Made by a program: the position numbers and the translations under genes
The notes under the pieces: generated by a model
The model's input: the letters and a program-made list of their open reading frames with translations, nothing else
Told to the model about the DNA's origin: nothing
Database searches by the model: none
Part shown: one piece after another, positions 53,721 through 64,000 of the stretch
Position numbering within the stretch: the first letter of the stretch is position 1
How the letters are laid out: every line of letters starts with the position of its first letter
Assembly: GCA_964016885.1 (NCBI GenBank)
Contig: OZ024743.1
Location: 71,424,001-71,488,000, forward strand
Length of the DNA: 64,000 bases
DNA from: Eledone cirrhosa
Lineage: Eukaryota
Direction: 5' to 3'

Positions 53721-55429
53721 GAGTGTATTGATTAGTCAAGTAACACACACACACACACATACACCCCCCCACACAGATATATATATATATTTGTTTCTAC
53801 TTTAGGCACAAGGCCAGCAATAACCCAGTTCATTACTGGTACTTTATTTTATCGACCCCGTAAGGATGAAAGGCAAAATATTGATAGATAGATAGATAGA
53901 TATATGTTCTTTACGTCTCTTTTTACGTTTCTTCCTACATTTCTCTCGCCTATATAGCTATCGAAACGGCCAGAGCTCAGCCGTCGGGGTCCTGACGCTT
54001 TTTCCTATAAATCTATATCTATCTATCTATCTATGAAAACAGCCAGAAGCTATTAAGCATAGCAAAAGACGGGCTGAAATATAACTTCATGAGATCGGAA
54101 GAACGATCAGAGAAGGAGGGCGAGAGAGAGAGGTAGAATGAAAGAAAGAGAGTCTAAATCATCAGATGAGAAACGAGAGATGTGTAGAGAGAGAGAAGAG
54201 AAGAAAGCGGGAATGAGCAGGATAGGGCAACATTTCTTTTCTAGGACGATTACGAAAGAGGAAAACAAAAGCAGTAGAAATAAGATGAAAAAACGTAAAC
54301 CATTTCATTCAACCCCCTCGCCCTCCTTCTCTGGTCATTCACCCGATCTCATGTGGTTATATTTCAGCATGTCTTTTACTATACTTAATAGCTACTGGCT
54401 GTTTTCACAGCTTCATCCGCGATTGAGTTTCTTATAATTTTGTTTGCATATCTGTGTGTATATAGGAGAGTCAACGGCTATCCTGTTGTTTTTTTTTTGT
54501 TTTTTTTGTGAGTGGGAGAGTCTTAGTCTTCATTAAGAGATTTATCTAGGAGATGGTCACTCTGATATAAAACATACGACTTCGTTTGCATCCAATGAAC
54601 AGTTCTTCTTTTGGAGTAAATGCATTTGATGTTCAGCGAGTGGGATTGGACCCGTGGAAAGACTTTCCTCACTTAAAAAAGGTTCAAACACAGACATCGT
54701 TTGATATGTAACATTTTTTGCGAGGCATGGTACTGCTGGCCATAGGCAAGTCCCTAGCAGGATTTAAAAAAACACGTCTGTGATGCAATGCTTATGTTTC
54801 AAGCTATAGCATTACCCGAAAACGAGTTATAGCCGCCATACATTTGAATATATATATAAATATATATAAAATATTTGCCTGAGTCCAACCATTTTCGTTG
54901 CTATGGCAATGCGGCTGGACTGCCGATCACTATATTTGATTTGCAAAGCTGTCTAAACGTATTGTTATTACTCTATGGTATCATTCTCTATCGAGTGCTA
55001 AAGCTACATTCCGAATATGCATTAGTTAGCCTAGCCGCTGCCTAAAGCTTCGTTAATGCTGTACTAAAATTTTTATATATATATATATATATATATGTAG
55101 ATAAATCTACCAAGAGTTTACGGTAGTGTCCAATCCGTATGAAGAACTCAATGTATTCCGGATATCATGGAAAGAAGAGGTGTAATGAAAAATCACTTTC
55201 GGTGAAAGATAAACGGTATACAGAGTCAAGATAAAATATTAAACAAATAATGAATAAAACAATGAAACAGTTCCTTATATTAAACAAAAAAAGTTCATTA
55301 TTTAACGATCGTTTCTAGGATATATATGTGTTAGAATTGGCATGCATATTCAACAGATCTATGTACAAAATTATACAAAATTATACAAACTATCAAGATT
55401 AAATATACATACCAAACACACATATACGC

Positions 55430-56010
<581 letters not shown>

Positions 56011-56652
56011 CTACCTTTGCATAAAATAGAATCATCTGACAAGTAGTAAGGAATTATTTTAACATAGTCTTCTTTCCATGATAACAATTACGAATTGGGA
56101 AAACCATTCACCGTTACTTTAAATATTTCCAATAAGAATATCAAAATAAACTCTCCGGAAGCTCACAAAAATATCTTAAATAAACAAGAAAAAAACAAGC
56201 AAGAAAATACTTACAGCAACACTACAAAAATATTCCAATTAACTCATCACAATTTTCTTGAAGAAGTTTGCGCCAGACAAAGAAATTATAGTCTCCAAGA
56301 CATATATTGGTTAATATAGAAAGTATTCTTACATTCTCACTAATATTTACTTAAATTTTTTCGTTTCTTTCTGGGTAGAAATATATAAATGGTAAAAAAA
56401 AAAAAGAAAAGTAGTTTGAAAAGAAGTTAAAAAGCTTAGGTGTGAAAATCCATAACGAGTTCAGTTAAATATGACGTTGAAGAACTTAAAAATAATTGCT
56501 GAATTTCAACTTGAAGATTTTCTTTCTATTTTATATATTTAATTTAAATTTTAGATAGAGACCTTATTGGTATTGTAGTCTCTTTATAAAATTGCTTTTG
56601 GCTGAAGAATTTTCTCCAAAAAAAACAAAAAAACTTGCACTCATGCATAAAC

Positions 56653-56691
<39 letters not shown>

Positions 56692-56771
56692 GTGTGTGTG
56701 TTTATAAGTACGTATATATATAAATATATATATATATATTCATGTGTGTGTGTGTGTGTGTTTATAAGTAC

Positions 56772-56833
<62 letters not shown>

Positions 56834-56887
56834 GATTATTTGTATATCTGTCTTCATTTTACAAGACATTCTCTCAAGACGTATAAT

Positions 56888-57070
56888 AATTGTTTCTACT
56901 TTTGGCACAAGGCCAGCAATTACACAGTGCATTACTGGTACTTTATTTTATCGACCCCGTGAGGATGAAAGGCAAAGTTAACCTCCGCGGGATTTGAACT
57001 CAGATCATAAAGGGACGTAACTCTATGCTTCAAAGCATGGTGTCCGACTCCCTACCGATACTGCCAATCC
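56888..57070 (-). mobile_element. tRNA-derived SINE inside a long direct duplication
   Basis: Same family; flanked by about 60 bp direct repeats. Confidence 0.82.
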
Positions 57071-57321
57071 ATATATATATATATGGGATTATTTGTATAT
57101 CTGTCTCCATTTTACAAGACATTCTCTCAAGAAGTATAATAATGATGTCTATATATAAATATGGAAGGAAATTTCTGAATGCCCCACTTGTTTATCTTAA
57201 TTAACGTTGTACATAACAGAGTAACATATGCCTCTGTTGATGTCAGACACGCCACGCACACACATATATACATACATACGTGCACACAAATATACATACA
57301 TAAATACATACACACACACAT

Positions 57322-57382
<61 letters not shown>

Positions 57383-57418
57383 CACATATACATATACATA
57401 TCCACACTCACACACACT

Positions 57419-57515
<97 letters not shown>

Positions 57516-58456
57516 ACATATATCCTATTATAGTCTTCGTAGTCTTGTATGCCGGCAGAAAAGTTCACAGTTATGTATGTAGGCAAGTTCGATGTTGTGA
57601 TATGTATTTTCACCTCACAAAAATAGAACCTCTTTAAATTAAGTTAAAAGTAATTTTCTTCTATTCATATCTGCACAAACATATATTTGAAAGTAAGGAG
57701 TGGAGTGAGTATATGTGATGAATCTCACTCTCTTGTTATTCATTTCATATTGAGGGTGAGGTTAGGATCTACGAGTTTTTCTTGTATTTATTTAAGGAAC
57801 TGCGATGATGGCATCTATCAGCAACAGGATCAAAAGAAGAGATTTTTTCCATGTTTCCACGAGGCTGTAACTTAGCGACTTGTCCTCTTGGGGGATGTTT
57901 AAATGATGTTAATATAGTGGAAAATTGTTTCAAAACACAGAAGAAAATACAATATCTATTTTGACACACTGCATGAATTAACAGAAATCTAAGCTGGGAT
58001 TCAGTATCGTATTTTATTATTATGTAAATGAAGAGGGTAGAGGATTGGCAGAGTGGTTAGAGCATCGGAAGAAATACAGTATATATACATGTTGATGGCT
58101 GCCCCCTCGTTATCGAGTATGGCCATTGCACGATATACCATTATTAATAATTATTAATTAATTCTATCGTGCAATGCCTGTGCGTGAAGATATTTTTTAA
58201 AGTGAGGAAAGTCTGTGCACTGAGCCAATCCCACTCTCTGAGCGACAGTAGCTATAACCCGAAAAGAAGAAAAGATTAACATCATCGGTAACTACTGAGC
58301 CGCAGGTTTTATATGGGAGTTATCCCAGTTTCCTGAGTTCCCTTCTCATAGAAGAATGCCCTGACAAAGGCTAGGAGTCCTTCACTCCCAGTGGTTTAAC
58401 CGCGCGATCGGGTCTCCAGCCCGACTATTTCTACATACATACATACATACATACAT

Positions 58457-59270
58457 GATGGCTGAAAACTCACGCTAAGAGTATTGCAATGGCTTGTAAG
58501 ATTCAGATGTGTGACGCTCGGATATGGCTTTTCAAGCCTGCTAGAGAATTGCACTCCTTCGCACATTGACGACAACCATGTATCGCCTCAGGTCTTGCAT
58601 CGGGTTGGCTGTAAACCTTCACAATTACATGGAGATCATAGTTAACTGGTTCCCTCTGAACATGGCTGCGACTGTGGCTCCTGAGACCAGATTTGCTGAA
58701 GCAAATCTTTCCACACTCAGAGAACACCAATTCAATGGAGACAACTATCGTTCCGAGAGATACACCAAGGCATTGCTTACGCACATCCCGTTTGATCTTC
58801 TCGTGCTCCATGCGTCTGTCCTCAAAATTATGGACCCCATCATTCACCATTCCACGCCAAGTTTCTCTTTCAAGAGCGTTTATATCCCAGTCAGCCACCA
58901 TCAAACCAGTTTTTTTCAATGAGTCCTTTACACAATCCTTGAATCGAAGCCTTGGCTTGTGAGGTGGTCTCGTACCTCTACAAAGCTCGCCATACAAAAG
59001 TTGTTTCGTGATTCTAACGTCCTCTATTTTGCAGAGGTGTCCAGTCCATCGCAAACGTCGTTGGTGGATGATTCTTTCAATGCTCCGACACTCACTTCTC
59101 TCAAGTACCTCAACATCACTGACATCCATCTGCCATTTGATACGGAGCATCTTTCTGAGACACTGTTGGTGAAATCATTGCAGTCTTTTGATATGCCGTT
59201 TGTAGGCAACCCATGTCTCACACGCATACATCAATGCTAGCAGTACGTATGCGGCATACACTTTCACTCG
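58457..59270 (-). mobile_element. RTE (BovB-like) LINE 3' end with C-terminal zinc fingers and (TGTA)n tail
   Basis: ORF 58503-59150: RRLRWTGHL, KQLLYGEL, PRLRFKDCVK, CGKICFSKSGLRSH, CRQCAKECNSLAGLKSH. Confidence 0.85.
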
Positions 59271-60142
59271 TTATCGAGTATGGCCATTGCACGATATACC
59301 ATTATTAATAATTATTAATTAATTCTATCGTGCAATTCCTGTGCTTGAATATATTTTTTAAAGTGAGGAAAGTCTGTGCACTGAGCCAATCCCACTCTCT
59401 GAGCGGCAGTAGCTATAACCCGAAAAAAAGAAAAGATCAACATCATCGGTAACTACTGAGCCGCAGGTTTTATATCGAAGTTATACCAGTTTACTGAGTT
59501 GCCTTCTCTTACATACATACATGCGTTCTGTGTTCAAAGTCAGCCTTGGTTTTTTGCCTTTCATCCCTTCAATGTCGATAAAATATAGTACCAATAAAAT
59601 ACTGGGTTCGATTTCATTCACTTTCCTCAACCCTCACACAGCTGACCTTGTGGCAAAATTAGAACCAATTATTACACATATCCTAAGCTATGCCTTTGTC
59701 ATTGTCATGGACATGGCCACGATTATAGCCTTGAACCTTATCTCAGTCGGAATAAGATAGAGGAATATAGTAGTTGTGTAAATATGAAGCAAGCATTCTA
59801 ATAGTTATCACTTCTAAGATTTCACATTTCATTAGTTTGCCTTTTAAGCGGATTTCGAAACCAAGTCATTTATGAGACTAATTTTGTCCAATAAAGGATA
59901 TATAAGGCAGAAAATATTAGATGGAGTATGGATGTTACCTTTGGTCAGGACAGGAATGACCTTGGTTTTGCACATAGAAAGTTCCCCTCTGAAGTACAAG
60001 CCTGGTCAAAGTTGTTTTTAAAAGATCAGCTCTCACCCATGCATGCGTCTCCACGACAACGTCACCAATAATAGACATCTGGAAATTATTTTCCTCTATC
60101 TTAACATCTAATTAACTTTGTTTACATGTGAGCATTACATAT

Positions 60143-60890
60143 CGGCGGTGAATTGGCAGAGTCGTAAGAACGTCAGATAGAATATTTTATTGTATTTGTC
60201 TCTGCTCTCTGCGTCCAAATCCCGCCGTGGTCAACTTTGCCTTTCATCCATTCATCGTCGATAAAAAAGTACCAGTCTAGTACTGGGGTCGATTCTTTCT
60301 CTATATCTTCTTCTCTATATCTTCTTCTCTATATCTTCTTCTCACTTCATTTCGCTCACTCTCTCTATCCTTCTCTTGAAGAAATCTGCTGTATTCAGGC
60401 CTGGAGAGAGGAGATGTTCTCCACCAGGAAAAAAAAAATGTGCTAGAACCGCCATATACCAATATGGCTCCCCTACGACTCCTACGACTCCTCAGGAGTT
60501 ACCGGCTCATACCATACCATACCATACCATACCATACTATACCATACCATACTATACCGTACCATACCATTATATTACCTAGGCGGTGGATTGGCAGAGT
60601 CGTTAGAACGTCGGATAGATTACTTTGTGGTATTTGTTCCGGCTCGCTAATCTCTCAGTTAAAATCCCTCCGAATTCAACTTTGCTTTTCATCCATTCAA
60701 GGTCGTCAAAAATGTACCAGTCGCGTACTGGGTTCGATTCTTGCTTATATCTCTTTCTCATTTCTATTCTCTCACTTTGAAAAAAACTGCTGAAGAAGAG
60801 ATGGGCTCCAACAGTTTTAAACATTGCCCTTAGAAACGTCATATGTCAATATGGTGCCCTTGCATCTCCCTCTAGAGTTACGGGGCCATG
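60143..60890 (+). mobile_element. Two SINE variants with an extended 3' tail
   Basis: Same head and core, plus a tail also seen at 20770-21090. Confidence 0.6.
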
Positions 60891-61516
60891 CATTATATTA
60901 TCTGTGAGTCAAATTACAGATAATAACTAAGAATGATGTAAATAGAACATACTTCACTGACTGGATTACTATCATTATGAAGAACATCTCACCAATCCTG
61001 AAACACTGATTGGTTAATATCCACTAAAACCACCTACTGATCCATCTCCATAGTGTCGGACCCTCACCTCAACCCATCATATTCTTTTTCATAGAGCTGC
61101 AACTGTAACATCTTCAGCGCAGTGTGCAGCAATTTAGTGAGCATTTATAACCATCAGTTTAGACTGTTAAAGGTGCACACAGCTTTAGAAAAACATGTCA
61201 GAATTATTAATAAACGAAATATTGAATATCAACCTAGCACAACCTGGGATATCAACCCCACCTCTCGCTCTCACACACACCTATATATACATATATACAT
61301 ATATATATATAAAGAATGAATAATAACAGGTAGACATCATAAAAAGGTAATTTATTCCGTGTGCTTACAAGTGTTTCCACGGTGGTACTACAGCCTAGTT
61401 ATGCTATGTGCAAATTCACAAGTACTTGCAGAACTCAAATATCCAATGCTGTGACCACTGTTTCCTCAGAGCAGAATGGTAAAATTACCATTACTACATC
61501 TTGGATAATCCTATAC

Positions 61517-61617
<101 letters not shown>

Positions 61618-63404
61618 TTACGGTAAATATTGATGCAATTCAATTGAAGCACTCAACGTACTTTTTCCACATAGCAGTGACGGAGTATATTTAGAATAAG
61701 AAAATGCGAAGTAGTTTCAGATGTTAAAATCCTTTAATGATAATGATATGATGCATATTTCAATGACGACAGTAGCCACATGATTACGTGTGAAAGAAAC
61801 TAATATTTTATGTAGGAGCCAATGTTACGTAGAACTAAGCGATCTGCTACCGGAATAGCGACACTGTAATGATTTCAAAAGGGACTCTTTAGTCCCCTTG
61901 GAGACAATATTTCAAATGGCCAACGGCTTCATCCTTGTGATAAAGGAGGATAAACTGTGGCTTGCTAAACAGCTTCCGAGTAATGTTCGGAAGAGGATTC
62001 AGGACACACAAACAACACATTTTCCCCCAATCAGAATTATTGACACACAGCATCATATAGATATTGCCGATGGTCTCGGACCCTCAGCGTCAGCAATGAG
62101 GATGGGAAGAGACCAAAACTCTTGATAATGACGTGGCTATCAAATAATCTCTATTTGGCTCTGAACTCTTAATAGAATCATAGGTGACCCATGCTGACAT
62201 ACAGCGTGTTTTGAGCATTACCCCTAGCAAAGCCTCTATTGTTTTAGGTCTGCTGGGAGTTGATATATTCTAGAGAAATAAAAAGAAAGAAATTTAAAGA
62301 GATAGTGAAAGAGCTCCAGTACTGGACATGTACTTGTATATTTATAAATCTAGAAAGTCTGAAAAGCAAAGTTAACCCTGGAAGGGTTTGAAGTCAAAAT
62401 GCAAAGGGTGGTAACGAATACTACAAAGCATTATATTCGTCTTTCCAACAACTCCACCAGTTCAACATCTTGCATGTATGACTAATACTTCAGTTTTGAG
62501 AACATCAAGATAGCAGAAATAGTTTGTGTCCGGATTAAGTTCATTTTTACATTTTATTTCTCAATGTTGTGTGACAATCTTACTTGGAGTGGCCTCCACT
62601 TTTGTCAGTCAATGGCCAAGTTCAATTTAATAGGTCTCCATCTTCTTTATCAGTTAGCTTTTCTCATATAAGAAAACATTTCATGTTTAAAATAGTGGAA
62701 AAATCAAGGGTTAAAAAAGTTACTAAATCACTAAAACATATTTATCTTAAAAGCTTCTAAACGTCATATTTTCAGATCGCATGAAAGAATAAAGTTGAAT
62801 TTTATAAAGCATCATATGGAATATTTCCATACAAAACACTCGAGAATACATTTCTTAGAATTGAAAGTATCTTTAAATATGTGGCTTCTGTAAATTTCAA
62901 TAAAGAACATGCAATATTAAGTTTCCAAATATAGTTTAAGTTGTTTTATAAGATTTTATCTAAACGGCCATGCACATATATTTTAGTTTTTAACATTTTC
63001 GAATTAATGTATGGAATTTTGGAACCAAATGAACAATAAATATATAAAAACTATTTTCGTAAATTTTCCACACTAAACCTCAAAGATAAACATTTAGTTT
63101 CAGTTATATTTCATCTCGTGGTTCCCTTTCATATTGTTATTGACAAGATATTATTGCATGTGAAGCTAACGTCTTTTAAAATAAATTTATAATTGTATTA
63201 ACCACACATGAACACAAATTGCAGAGAGTTGAATTACGTTATAAACTACCAAATATATTTCACAAAATGTCGAGCCATTATGTTGGAAGCAAACAATCTT
63301 TGTCCCTATAGACTGTTTACAGATTATTACATTTGATTGTTTACGTAGGAACTATATTTAAACATGCATAAATAACGAGTCTATTTAGTTATAATTTGTC
63401 ACAG

Positions 63405-63465
63405 GATATGTTGATCTTCATAAGGTCATAAACTTGAATACGGTTTTACAGAATCATTCTAAGTG
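63405..63465 (+). CDS. Possible further phase-1 exon of the same receptor gene
   Basis: Acceptor tttgtcacAG| then (G)YVDLHKVINLNTVLQNHSK, which would continue NSLE-G like the DSTGLIRLQELI segment of kainate receptors. Weak splice signals and a short exon. Confidence 0.2.
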
Positions 63466-63749
63466 GTAATATACCTGGGTGGTATTTCAACGCTGAGCGC
63501 AGAGTCAGAACGACTACTTAAAGCACTCTACCCAACTTGTTAACGAGTTCGCCATTTCAGTGCTGAAATGCACGACAACCGATTCCATAAATTTTAGCAT
63601 GTTGTAGCAAGGAACATGTTGCCCACATGGCAATAAACAAATTAATAAAGCTTATTGGAGGTTAGTACATATTTAGATATAAGTTTGGTGATTCAGTTTC
63701 AAAATGAGGTATTGTATATAAAGACATATACTTTGTCTTCTATATCTAT

Positions 63750-63960
63750 AGTGGGCGCTGTAAAGTTTCTGGCATAAAGGTATCACCAAAGGACAGAGCT
63801 GTTATCTTTACAGGGGAGGTAGGACCGCTGCAATAAATGTGTGAATCTCAGAGGGGAATATGTTGAATAACATCATAACTCATCCACTTATATTTCTTTT
63901 AACTGATCCTCTTATATTTTCTTTTATCCAAAGAAAAGGAACATTTCAGCACTCCGGTAG
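63750..63960 (+). mobile_element. Internally deleted mariner element
   Basis: aataaatgtgtgaatctcagaggggaatatgttgaataa = NKCVNLRGEYVE*, the mariner transposase C-terminus; degenerate TIRs. Confidence 0.55.
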
Positions 63961-64000
63961 GTTTACAGAGAGGAATATATCTTTATAGAATTCATATAAC

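Noticed and set aside
56015-56090. Minus-strand donor-like AAG|GTAGAA with a short open frame
   Set aside because: In-frame stop just upstream and no clear acceptor or start.
61760-62260. Higher-complexity segment with a 75 aa ORF
   Set aside because: No recognisable domain or splice signals; probably an old transposon remnant.

Overview
AT-rich, microsatellite-saturated animal genomic DNA; the SINE, RTE and (TA)n content is typical of a coleoid cephalopod such as Octopus (inference, no database search). Most of the window looks intronic. Two phase-compatible plus-strand exons (5380-5517, 22077-22322) encode part of an ionotropic glutamate receptor-like amino-terminal domain. The window holds a full-length Tx1-clade LINE with two intact ORFs (38621-44400, minus), two decayed R4/Dong-type copies in the same (AAT)n tract, RTE, CR1 and CRE fragments, many tRNA-derived SINEs, hAT/mariner MITEs and Helitron-like elements. 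The most striking signal is a set of long fold-back elements embedded in (TA)n tracts. They come from several unrelated sequence families, and many carry a minimal type I hammerhead ribozyme with a palindromic stem III, the signature of Penelope-like elements. Most short ORFs in the supplied track are microsatellite artefacts.
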